Translations under genes and position numbers: made by a program
Notes under the pieces: generated by a model
Database searches by the model: none
The model's input: only the letters and a program-made list of their open reading frames with translations
Told to the model about the DNA's origin: nothing
In this document: positions 38,859 through 47,473 of the stretch, piece by piece
How the letters are laid out: every line of letters begins with the position of its first letter
Position numbering within the stretch: position 1 is the first letter of the stretch
DNA from: Trichormus sp. ATA11-4-KO1
GTDB lineage: Bacteria; Cyanobacteriota; Cyanobacteriia; Cyanobacteriales; Nostocaceae
DNA: 64,000 nucleotides
Assembly (NCBI GenBank): GCA_019358915.1
Contig: JAHHIM010000055.1
Location: 224,001 to 288,000, forward strand
Reading direction: 5' to 3'

Positions 38859-39989
38859 TTATTCCCACAACCTTCTACCAGCTTTCCCATTTAATCGTTC
38901 GTGAGTATCATCCAATAAAGCGGGAATATTTAAGTTTTCGGGACATCGAGGTAAACATTCACCGCATTCTGTACAACGGTTAGCTTTCATTCCAGGAAAC
39001 CAGTGACCAGCATTTTCAAACATTCCGTAACGATATTTTCCATAGTCGGTCATATCGTAAGCTACAGCCAGATTTCTTAACCGCAATATTTCTGGAATAT
39101 TGATATTTTCCGGACAAGGTAAACAAGCATAACACTGGCTACATTTATCAGTTTTCAAAGTAATTTCCTGATGTTTTTCTAATCTTTCAAAAGCTAAATT
39201 TTCCTCTAGCATTAACTCACAATTACTATCAGCAACTTGTAACGGTTCTATTAATTCATCTGGGATTGCTGCTCCTATACTCAAGGTAGTAATGCGATGA
39301 TCACTCAGTAAAAATCGATAATTTAACTCTAAGGGTGAAAACGGCTGACACAAGTCTTTCAAGGTTTGGGGCGGCGTGTAGAGGCGTCCTCCCTTATCAG
39401 CCGGGGAAATGATAAAAACGCCCACGTCCTTTTCAGCTGCTAGCTGAATCGCTGGTGCGTTCCGTTGCCAGAAATAGTAATAATGCAGATTGACAAATTC
39501 AAAAAAATCTGTGTTGATTGCCGCCAGAATTATATCTAATGACCCGTGGGTGGAAAAACCAACATGCTGCACGCGACCATCGTCAACAGCTTCCCGAACA
39601 GCCTTCATGCAGCCACTGTTGGCTTGTACCCATCTGAGATGCTCCCAAGTATTTAAGCCATGAATGCCTAAGCAATCTAGATAATCCAGATTTAATCGTT
39701 CTAGGGATTCATCGATATACCGACGCATACTATCAGCATCAGCTGTAGGCGGAATTTTGGTGGTGATGTGAACCTGAGAACGGGGTACAGACAATCCACC
39801 TTTGATAGCCGCACCAAGATACTCCTCACTTTTACCGTAACCTCTGGCTGTTTCTAAATGATTAATTCCTAGCGCTAAGGCCTGAGAAATTGTCTGCTGG
39901 GCATTTTCGGCATCAGCTAGATAGCGCATTGTTCCCAACGAAAAAACCGAGAGGCGTAGGTTTGTTTTGCCAAAGCGTCGGTATTGCAT
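38859..39989 (-). CDS. Aldo/keto reductase with C-terminal 4Fe-4S dicluster
   Basis: ETARGYG, VGFSTH; CSQCYACLPCP and CTECGECLPRCP. Confidence 0.9.
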   Translation of the reverse strand: MQYRRFGKTNLRLSVFSLGTMRYLADAENAQQTISQALALGINHLETARGYGKSEEYLGAAIKGGLSVPRSQVHITTKIPPTADADSMRRYIDESLERLNLDYLDCLGIHGLNTWEHLRWVQANSGCMKAVREAVDDGRVQHVGFSTHGSLDIILAAINTDFFEFVNLHYYYFWQRNAPAIQLAAEKDVGVFIISPADKGGRLYTPPQTLKDLCQPFSPLELNYRFLLSDHRITTLSIGAAIPDELIEPLQVADSNCELMLEENLAFERLEKHQEITLKTDKCSQCYACLPCPENINIPEILRLRNLAVAYDMTDYGKYRYGMFENAGHWFPGMKANRCTECGECLPRCPENLNIPALLDDTHERLNGKAGRRLWE

Positions 39990-40108
39990 AAGTTAAGTGC
40001 TGAGTGCTGAGTAATTTATTTTCCCCATCTCCCTACTCCCATACTCTTCGGAACGCTTCACGAACGGCTGACGCTTACGGCGAAGCCTACCCCCCACTCC
40101 CCACTCAT

Positions 40109-40606
40109 CTAGCTGTCGCCATTACCAAAGCGCTTAATCAAATCCTCTGGGCGAAGATTGGAGATAAATTCCCGGAAGGCTTGTTGTTCTGCTTCATCAG
40201 CGTCGCGATCAACGGGGATTGAAGCATCTGCAACGACTTCTTCCATTACCCAGATGGGAGCATTAGTACGGAGAGCAACAGCGATCGCATCGCTGGGACG
40301 TGCGTCAATTTCTTTTTTGATTTCGCCTTGCTGAACAATTAAGGCTGCATAAAAAGTATCCTTCTGTAAGGAATGAATTATCACCTTTTCTAGAATCATC
40401 GAACATGACTCTAAAAGACTCACAATTAAGTCGTGGGTTAAAGGCCTGGGAGGCTTTTGATTCTCCAGCGCACCCATAATTGCCCTAGCCTGTTCCTGCC
40501 CAATATAAATGGGCAAAGCGCGCCGATCTGAGGCATCTTTCAACAGTACAATCGGGCTGCGGGTTATGGCATCTAATGCTATGCCAGCGACTTTCATTTC
40601 AATCAT
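40109..40606 (-). CDS. Bifunctional nuclease family (DUF151)
   Basis: LPIYIG, PRPLTHDL, IDARPSDAIA. Confidence 0.92.
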   Translation of the reverse strand: MIEMKVAGIALDAITRSPIVLLKDASDRRALPIYIGQEQARAIMGALENQKPPRPLTHDLIVSLLESCSMILEKVIIHSLQKDTFYAALIVQQGEIKKEIDARPSDAIAVALRTNAPIWVMEEVVADASIPVDRDADEAEQQAFREFISNLRPEDLIKRFGNGDS

Positions 40607-40945
40607 TGGCTAAGCCTCTACAATCCTTTGAACGATTGGGCGCTGTGTAACAAATAATACCCTGTGTCGGGTGAGATTGGGGGCGGAAATAAACATAAGC
40701 ATTGTTCTCTATAATTGCTTCTATTAAACTCCGAACTTGTTGTGAACACCAGAGTAAGTCAAAGTGGTCTACCTAGACAATAACCTTCTTAACCAAGTAT
40801 GCCTTGTGAAGGATGCGAATGTGTTAAGAACCTTATAATAAGAACAGTCAGAAATTATACTTAAATGATTCTGCATTATTGTGAGAATTACAGTAGATTT
40901 CTGACAAAATTAGGCAATAAATAGAGTTAGTTTTAGAAAAAAGCC

Positions 40946-41608
40946 GTGTTTACAGGATTAATTCAAGCCTTAGGAACGATAAAACCCTTAGGGGGTGATT
41001 CTTGGCAAATTACTTGTGTAAGTCAGTCGTCTGTTGTCATTATGCAGGATTTGGCTTACGGTGACAGCGTTGCTGTAGATGGAGTTTGCTTAACAGTAGA
41101 AGAAATTTCCCACAATGGGTTCATTGCCACCGCTTCACCGGAGACTTTAAAGCGTACCACCCTAGGAAATGAGCAAACACAACAAAGATACGTCAACTTA
41201 GAAGCTTCGTTGCGGGTAGGTGGCAAAGTCGGCGGTCATTTTGTCATGGGTCATGTAGACGGTATCGGTCAATTAGTAGTTGCCGAACAAACAGCTAGTT
41301 CTTGGGAAATGACTTTTACTGCACCCGAAGCGATCGCGCGGTATATTGTCCCCAAAGGTAGTATTGCTGTGAATGGTATCAGCCTCACAGTAGCCACATA
41401 CGAACCAGAATTATCTCAATTTACGGTAGCAGTAATTCCCTTAACTTATGCCGAAACAAATCTCTGCCATCTTGTCTCTGGCAGTTGGGTAAATTTAGAA
41501 GGGGACATTCTTGGCAAATACGTAGAAAAGTTTCTTGTTCCCGGCAAACAACACCTGAAAACTGATATGGTTACACCTGCTTTTTTGGCAGAACATGGGT
41601 ATCTGTGA
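40946..41608 (+). CDS. ribE: Riboflavin synthase (alpha chain)
   Basis: MFTGLI N-terminus, GVCLTV, GGHFVMGHVDG. Confidence 0.95.
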   Translation: MFTGLIQALGTIKPLGGDSWQITCVSQSSVVIMQDLAYGDSVAVDGVCLTVEEISHNGFIATASPETLKRTTLGNEQTQQRYVNLEASLRVGGKVGGHFVMGHVDGIGQLVVAEQTASSWEMTFTAPEAIARYIVPKGSIAVNGISLTVATYEPELSQFTVAVIPLTYAETNLCHLVSGSWVNLEGDILGKYVEKFLVPGKQHLKTDMVTPAFLAEHGYL

Positions 41609-41610
41609 GT

Positions 41611-41695
41611 GGGGAATGGGGAATGGGGAATGGGGAATGGGGAATATTTTTGCTGTTGTCCCCTTGTCCCCTTGTCCCCTTGTCCCCTTGTCCCC
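41611..41695. repeat. (GGGGAAT)x5 followed by (TTGTCCCC)x5 between convergent genes
   Basis: Directly visible tandem arrays. Confidence 0.9.
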
Positions 41696-41699
41696 CGTC

Positions 41700-43355
41700 C
41701 TAACTACCTGGTTGCTGGGTTACTTGAGCTGTTTGTAAAGCTTCTACCAACTGACTGAGGGCGACCTGTAATTGTACACCTGAGTCAACAGCAACCCAAC
41801 CTTCTGGCTTGAGGTGACGGACTTCAAAGTGCAGGTGAGGCCCTGTAGAGTTACCAGTGCTGCCAACTCGCCCAATGACGGTTCCTTGTTCTACCCATTG
41901 ACCGGGTTGAACAAATAGTTCTGACATGTGACCATAGAGGGTTTGTTGAGCGGAAGCGTGGTTAACAATTACAGTTAAACCATAACCACCTAACCAGTTA
42001 GCAGTGTCTACTTGACCTCTAGCTGCTGCTACTACTGGTGTACCCATGGGTGCGCCTAAATCTGTACCAGAGTGGAAACGGCGATCGCCTGTGATAGGAT
42101 GAGTCCGCCAACCAAATACGGAAGTAATGCGCGCGGGTATAGAAAGCGGGAAGATCATTCCCCCATCGCCACGATAGGCAAGTGTCCCAGTGAAGGGGAT
42201 TTGTGGCAGTACTGATGCTAGTGGAAAGTCGTAAGCTACTGTGCTAGGACGTGGTGCAACATTGCCTGCTGCCATTGGTGGGGGTAGAGTTTCACCACTC
42301 GGCGCGATGGGAGTTGCATTCGTGGTGGTAGCGAAATTGCTGGGGTTAGGAATAAAACGATTAGGGCGAGATGCGCTCTTGGTGGCACTACTAGAAGCAG
42401 TTTGATTAGGACGCCATCCACTATTGTTACTAGTAGTTGCTGCCTGCCGAATTGATCGCACCTGGGGAACGTTTGCTACCTGAGTATTTTGGCTGGTTTT
42501 GAGCCAGTTTGGTGCTGCTTTGCTGTCAGAATTAGCTACTCGCTGATTGCGTTCCTGGGGTGCTTTGGCACAACTACTGCCTGAGACACTTTGCCCAGAT
42601 GGTAAAACGGTTTGACAACCACTAGAGCGTTCTGTCAGCACCACAGAACTGGGCGCTTGATAAGTACCCGCAGTATTGGCATTGTAACGGGTAGGGTCAA
42701 TATAAGCGTTATTATAATCCCTGGTGTTACCTGCCGTTGTACTAGCTGCGCTGTTCGAGTTATTTGATGGTTGGGCAACTTCTGGCAGTTTTTCAGGTAA
42801 GGTGCGAGGAGTAGCGGGTTTAGCTACCTCAACTTTGGGTTTTTCTGTCCTCACAGTTGCTGCTGGCTGGGAAACCTCAACTTTGGGTTTTTCTGTCCTC
42901 ACAGTTGCTGTTGGCTGGGAAACCTCAACTTTGGGTTTTTCTGTCCTCACATTTGCTGTTGGCTGGGAAACCTCAACTTTGGGTTTTTCTGTCCTCACAG
43001 TTGCTGTTGGCTGGGAAACCTTGGGACTGCGTAGTTTCTGTATGAGTTGAGCTTGGCTGTCGTTAACTTCCGGTTTTGGTCGAGACGCTGCCGGAGAGAC
43101 AGTATCTTTTTTTACTGATTTTGTTATGACTGGCGTTGGTGTTGGCTGGGAATTTTCAATAGTGGGAACAATGTTATCTATTGATGTTTCCGTTTGGGCA
43201 AGTGCCAAGCCGCCACTTAAGAAACTCAGGCTACTCAGCACAAAAAAGCTCTGTGCTGGTAGTGTAGATGTATAGATGTGAAACAGCTTTCCGTAAGGAT
43301 AGCGTCTTGATAAATTATGTAAACGGTGATGGGCAGATTTATTGCGCTGCGTCAT
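41700..43355 (-). CDS. M23 family metallopeptidase
   Basis: HSGTD, YGHMS, STGPHLHFE; low-complexity N-terminal region. Confidence 0.9.
   Translation of the reverse strand: MTQRNKSAHHRLHNLSRRYPYGKLFHIYTSTLPAQSFFVLSSLSFLSGGLALAQTETSIDNIVPTIENSQPTPTPVITKSVKKDTVSPAASRPKPEVNDSQAQLIQKLRSPKVSQPTATVRTEKPKVEVSQPTANVRTEKPKVEVSQPTATVRTEKPKVEVSQPAATVRTEKPKVEVAKPATPRTLPEKLPEVAQPSNNSNSAASTTAGNTRDYNNAYIDPTRYNANTAGTYQAPSSVVLTERSSGCQTVLPSGQSVSGSSCAKAPQERNQRVANSDSKAAPNWLKTSQNTQVANVPQVRSIRQAATTSNNSGWRPNQTASSSATKSASRPNRFIPNPSNFATTTNATPIAPSGETLPPPMAAGNVAPRPSTVAYDFPLASVLPQIPFTGTLAYRGDGGMIFPLSIPARITSVFGWRTHPITGDRRFHSGTDLGAPMGTPVVAAARGQVDTANWLGGYGLTVIVNHASAQQTLYGHMSELFVQPGQWVEQGTVIGRVGSTGNSTGPHLHFEVRHLKPEGWVAVDSGVQLQVALSQLVEALQTAQVTQQPGS
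42826..43017. repeat. Four near-perfect 48-bp coding repeats (PKVEVSQPTATVRTEK)
   Basis: Unit starts at 42826, 42874, 42922, 42970. Confidence 0.9.
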
Positions 43356-43438
43356 TTGTTCTCTCAGTTGTTTTAAATTAGCCTAAAGAGATGATGTCAG
43401 TGGTTTGTCTTGCCCAAAGAGCGAAATTTTGAACAAAC

Positions 43439-44257
43439 CTAAGATGAAACAGAGGATTCACGGTAACCCAAACTGATTGTACCGGGTTCAACATAAATTT
43501 CTGGTGTTTTTATGTCATTTGTATCATAGGTTTCCAAAGATACATGGAGATTTCCCTGTGCATTTACGCCCACCACAGTGCCTAAGAGATTATTGATGTA
43601 TACCTGCTCTCCCATATTTGACAACAAGTCTAAATAGCGAGACAAGAGTACACTTACTCCTTCTTGGCAGAGGCACTCCATACCGGATTCTATTCCCAGT
43701 AAAACTGTGGAGGCGAGCATTTCCAGACAAGAGATAGCCTTAATTGGCTGGGAAGCTTGCCAGGATTCTAGATTGATGCCAGTATCGGGTACTGGGTTAG
43801 CCCAGTTAATACCAACGCCAATCACTGCTTGTATGATCTGTCCGTTATGGACTTTTGTTTCCGTCAAGATGCCACCTAGTTTGCGACCATGCAACACTAA
43901 GTCATTAGGCCATTTAATCCCAACACTTACGCCGCACTGACGCAAAAGAGCAGCAATTCCCCAAGCACTAGCTAGGGTGAGCTGATAACTATCGCTAGCT
44001 TCTAGTTTAGGAACAATACCCATCGAAAGATATAGTCCCCCAGTGGGAGAAATCCACTGACGACCCCATTGTCCTCGTCCAGCAGTCTGCTGAGTTGCAA
44101 TAACTACAGAATTTGGTTCAGCCCCTTGTTTGAGCAAGTCCCACAGGGTCTGATTAGTTGAAGGCAGACTTGCAAAAATATGCAGGGAAAATGGTAAATA
44201 AGTATACCTGCGCCCCGATGCCAGGGCAGTTTCTAAGAGTTGCCGATCAAATCCCAC
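43439..44257 (-). CDS. birA: Biotin-[acetyl-CoA carboxylase] ligase
   Basis: QTAGRGQWGR, KWPND, KLGGIL. Confidence 0.93.
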   Translation of the reverse strand: MGFDRQLLETALASGRRYTYLPFSLHIFASLPSTNQTLWDLLKQGAEPNSVVIATQQTAGRGQWGRQWISPTGGLYLSMGIVPKLEASDSYQLTLASAWGIAALLRQCGVSVGIKWPNDLVLHGRKLGGILTETKVHNGQIIQAVIGVGINWANPVPDTGINLESWQASQPIKAISCLEMLASTVLLGIESGMECLCQEGVSVLLSRYLDLLSNMGEQVYINNLLGTVVGVNAQGNLHVSLETYDTNDIKTPEIYVEPGTISLGYRESSVSS

Positions 44258-44332
44258 AGCAGTTAACCGAAATCCCGTTGTTCAAGTTAGCATTAATTGA
44301 TTATTTTGATTTCTGTTTAGGTTTGGTTGAAG

Positions 44333-45130
44333 ATGCACACTTGGCACTGGCACAATTGGCAAGGACTACCCTATCTTACTTGTAGTCTGCTCAAAGATTG
44401 GCATCACGGCTTTTTTACTCACCAGTTTTGGCCGCGATCGCCTCAAGATTTGACAAAAGTGCTGCACCCAGAAGCATCAGCTTATCGCTTGAAACAGGTA
44501 CATGGCAATATCGTTCTGACTCCACAAGAAATCCACAGCAAGTTAAGCACGGGTGGAGATGATATTTCTGGGGAAGACGATGCAGCTTTAGCCTTAGGAG
44601 ATGGTGTAGTGAGCGAACAGCCTTTACAAGCTGTTTGGGTAGCTAGCGCCGACTGTACACCCGTTTTAATTGGCGATGTGAGCACAGGACGAGTAGCAGC
44701 ACTACATGCGGGTTGGCGGGGTACGGCCGCGAAGATTGTTCCCGGTGCGATCGCGCGACTGCGGGAACAAGGTAGCAAACTGGATGATTTACGGATTGCC
44801 ATGGGGCCAGCGATCGCAGGTGAAGTTTATCAAGTTTCTGTGGAGGTGGCGGCGAAAATTGGCGCTAGCATTACACCCCATGAAGAGGAACAAAAGATTT
44901 TGGCTGCTTTGCATGAGTTACCCAATTCACCTTTACTAGAAGACCCCAATCCAGGCAAAGTGAGGTTGGATGTGCGGCGAGTGAATGTTCTACAACTAGA
45001 AAGTTTGGGAATTAGTGGCGAACAAATGGCGATCGCGCCTTACTGTACTTACCAAACTCCCGAACATTTCTTTTCTTACCGTCGGGAGAAAGAAAAAAAG
45101 GTACAGTGGTCAGGGATTGTCAGCGACTAA
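44333..45130 (+). CDS. pgeF: Peptidoglycan editing factor PgeF (YfiH)
   Basis: QVHG, ADCTP, HAGWRG, FSYRR. Confidence 0.92.
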   Translation: MHTWHWHNWQGLPYLTCSLLKDWHHGFFTHQFWPRSPQDLTKVLHPEASAYRLKQVHGNIVLTPQEIHSKLSTGGDDISGEDDAALALGDGVVSEQPLQAVWVASADCTPVLIGDVSTGRVAALHAGWRGTAAKIVPGAIARLREQGSKLDDLRIAMGPAIAGEVYQVSVEVAAKIGASITPHEEEQKILAALHELPNSPLLEDPNPGKVRLDVRRVNVLQLESLGISGEQMAIAPYCTYQTPEHFFSYRREKEKKVQWSGIVSD

Positions 45131-45154
45131 GGATTGTCAATATTAGCATTTATC

Positions 45155-45607
45155 CTAAATCCTCAACACAGGATAGTTAGGATGTTCAGGATTGGGAATA
45201 AGTCGCTGATGCCTACAATCTACCAGTAAATCTAGTGTCTCCAGTACCGTTTGTCCAATCAAGACTGTATCACCTGTAACTAGCGTTGCTTCAGTGGTTT
45301 CTCGTCCTGTCAATTCAATAATTACAGGTTCAGTCACGCCTATAGATTCTTCACTACCGTTGGTGTATTGGGCAACTTGCTGTCCCCGAATTCTCAGACC
45401 AAGTTGCTGCACAATAGGCATAGGTAGTACAGTACGCACTGCACCTGTGTCTATCAGTGCCTCGGTTTCATATACCCGTAGCATATTTGGATTAAGCATT
45501 CCTCGACTAACAAGCGCCTCATCAATGGCATTGGTGAGCTTGACTTTGACTCGCACTGCACCTATAGATTGATTATTGGCGGGATTGGCACGATTTAGGT
45601 TTACCAT
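45155..45607 (-). CDS. Clan AA (retropepsin-like) aspartic protease
   Basis: ALIDTGA, LIGQTVLETLDLLVD. Confidence 0.85.
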   Translation of the reverse strand: MVNLNRANPANNQSIGAVRVKVKLTNAIDEALVSRGMLNPNMLRVYETEALIDTGAVRTVLPMPIVQQLGLRIRGQQVAQYTNGSEESIGVTEPVIIELTGRETTEATLVTGDTVLIGQTVLETLDLLVDCRHQRLIPNPEHPNYPVLRI

Positions 45608-45626
45608 AGAGTTTACCTAGAAATGT

Positions 45627-45721
45627 TTACACCCAGACAGTTTTTATATTTAAAATAAACCCCGGTAAAATATCTTCACCTGATAATTCTGCTGGGGATT
45701 CTAATATTTCTACTGGTTTAC
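45627..45721 (-). pseudogene. Uma2 endonuclease C-terminal fragment
   Basis: KPVEILESPAELSGEDILPGFILNIKTVWV*, a typical Uma2 C-terminus, abutting the IS left end. Confidence 0.8.
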
Positions 45722-45736
45722 CAAAAAGCTGGGTTT

Positions 45737-45890
45737 AACGTGAGTTCGACAAGTGGAAAAAACCCCTCTCCAAACCTCTCCCCTGCCAGGAGAGAGGCTT
45801 TGAAACCTTGATTTTTAGTTCAAAACTAGGGAGATTTTTGCCCCTCTCCGTGTCGGAGAGGGGTGGGGTGAGGTTCATCGAATTCATGTT
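45737..45890. mobile_element. MITE inserted in the IS left end
   Basis: TIR AACGTGAGTTCGA / TCGAATTCATGTT; GGGTTT duplicated at 45731-45736 and 45891-45896. Confidence 0.8.
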
Positions 45891-45910
45891 GGGTTTAAAG
45901 CCTCGCCCTT

Positions 45911-46047
45911 CTAGGGCGACTTTTCTGCCTGTAGTCTATCAATCCAGTCTTCAATCAACTGGTCATCGTCTTGCGCTTCCGTTTAGCAATTCTTCTGAAT
46001 TTTTCCAGCCTTTGAGGGTCAACTCGTATACTCAACCTATCTTTCAT
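45911..46047 (-). pseudogene. Frameshifted ribbon-helix-helix (CopG-like) gene inside the IS
   Basis: MKDRLSIRVDPQRLEKFRRIAKRKRKTMT then frameshift to QLIEDWIDRLQAEKSP*. Confidence 0.65.
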
Positions 46048-46089
46048 TTTGCTATCCAATGGCTACCCATTTATGGGATCATGGGGAAT

Positions 46090-47214
46090 ATGAAAACACT
46101 GAAGTTTAAACTGTACCAGCACAAAAGGAATAGACACCTCAAGCGAATGATTAATGCTTCTGGGGTGATTTATAACCATTGTATTGCTCTGCATCGTCGG
46201 TACTACCGGATGTGGGGCAAACACTTAAACTGTGCAAAACTACAGGCTCATATTGCCAAGCTAAGAAAGCGTAATCCATTCTGGCAATCAGTAGGTTCTC
46301 AAGCAGTGCAAGATATTTGTCAACGCATTGAGAAAGCCTACCAGTTGTTTTTCAAACACAACAAAAAAGGAGTTAGACCACCAGGATTCAAAAAGGTCAA
46401 GAAATACAAATCATTCACCCTTAAGCAAGCAGGTTATAAGTTTTTGGGTGGCAACAGAGTAAAAATTGGTAGCCGAGTTTATCAATTTTGGAAGTCCAGA
46501 GAGATTGAAGGAAAAGTCAAAACCTTAACTATAAAACGCACTCCATTAGGTGAATTGTTTATGGTTGTGGTTGTTGATGATGGTAGTAATCCAGAGGTGG
46601 AAGTTAAGACGGGTAAAATCGCTGGCTTTGATTTTGGGTTGAAAACATTCCTCACTGGCTCTGACGGTACAACTATTGAGTCTCCCCAGTTTTTCAAGCA
46701 ATCTCTAAATTCCATCACAAAAGCCAGTAGACAGCATGCCAAAAAACTAAAAGGCTCATCTAACAGAGAACGAGCCAGGAAGAATCTAGTACGCAAATAT
46801 GAGGATATTTCTCATCGTCGGCGTGACTGGTTTTGGAAGTTAGCGCATGAACTAACTGATAAATTTGATGTACTATGCTTTGAGACTTTAAACCTCAAAG
46901 GAATGCAAAGACTTTGGGGTAGGAAGATATCAGACTTAGCTTTTGGTGAATTTCTACAAATCCTAGAATGGGTTTCTAAAAAGAAGAATAAACTGGTGAT
47001 TTTCATCGACCAGTGGTATCCCAGCAGTAAGACTTGTTCTAGTTGTGGACACGTTTTAGAAAGTCTTGATTTGTCTACTAGAGAATGGCGTTGTCCGTCC
47101 TGTCAATCAGTGAATGGGAGGGATGAAAATGCCAGTAAAAATATTTGTGCAGTCGGGGCATCGACTGTTGGGTTAGGCGATGTCAGACAGGCTGTGCCTG
47201 CAATTGCTGTTTGA
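46090..47214 (+). CDS. tnpB: RNA-guided endonuclease TnpB
   Basis: MKTLKFKLY start; RuvC GFDFGLK / FETLN / RDENA; CSSC..CPSC Zn finger. Confidence 0.93.
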   Translation: MKTLKFKLYQHKRNRHLKRMINASGVIYNHCIALHRRYYRMWGKHLNCAKLQAHIAKLRKRNPFWQSVGSQAVQDICQRIEKAYQLFFKHNKKGVRPPGFKKVKKYKSFTLKQAGYKFLGGNRVKIGSRVYQFWKSREIEGKVKTLTIKRTPLGELFMVVVVDDGSNPEVEVKTGKIAGFDFGLKTFLTGSDGTTIESPQFFKQSLNSITKASRQHAKKLKGSSNRERARKNLVRKYEDISHRRRDWFWKLAHELTDKFDVLCFETLNLKGMQRLWGRKISDLAFGEFLQILEWVSKKKNKLVIFIDQWYPSSKTCSSCGHVLESLDLSTREWRCPSCQSVNGRDENASKNICAVGASTVGLGDVRQAVPAIAV

Positions 47215-47254
47215 GCCTAGAATCCCCATGCCTTTAGGCTGGGGAGTATGTCAA

Positions 47255-47408
47255 GTTTTCCAGTTTCTCCTCCCGTGGGTGACATTATCAGTAGTTCTCC
47301 TTTGGCATTTCGTTCAAATTTAACTTCAGGATTTTCCCGACATAGTTGATAAAATTGGTCGTCGGTAAGTTTGATGATGGGGTTTAAGTTGACGGTAATA
47401 GCTGTCAT
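47255..47408 (-). pseudogene. Uma2 endonuclease N-terminal fragment
   Basis: LTDDQFYQLCRENPE.KFERNAKGELLIMSPTGGETGK, cut at the IS right end. Confidence 0.85.
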
Positions 47409-47473
47409 AGAAATCTTTTTGGGAATGATATCAATTTAGTATTTGAGAAATGACTAAAGTCCTTACTACTAAC

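Larger units (their letters stand above)
45722..47254 (+). mobile_element. Non-autonomous IS200/IS605-family element (tnpB only)
   Basis: TTAC immediately left; AAAG + hairpin TCGCCCT-TCT-AGGGCGA; GAAT + hairpin CCCCA.GCCT/AGGC.TGGGG; ends in TCAA at 47254. Confidence 0.88.

Noticed and set aside
40607..40945. FMN riboswitch upstream of riboflavin synthase
   Set aside because: No RFN consensus visible; appears to be an ordinary divergent promoter region
42724..43050. Repetitive plus-strand ORFs and a CRISPR-like 48-bp period
   Set aside because: Antisense shadow of the coding repeat in the M23 gene; no unique spacers
45808..46089. N-terminal extension making TnpB 468 aa
   Set aside because: It runs through the MITE, the left-end hairpin and the antisense RHH; a typical TnpB start is at 46090
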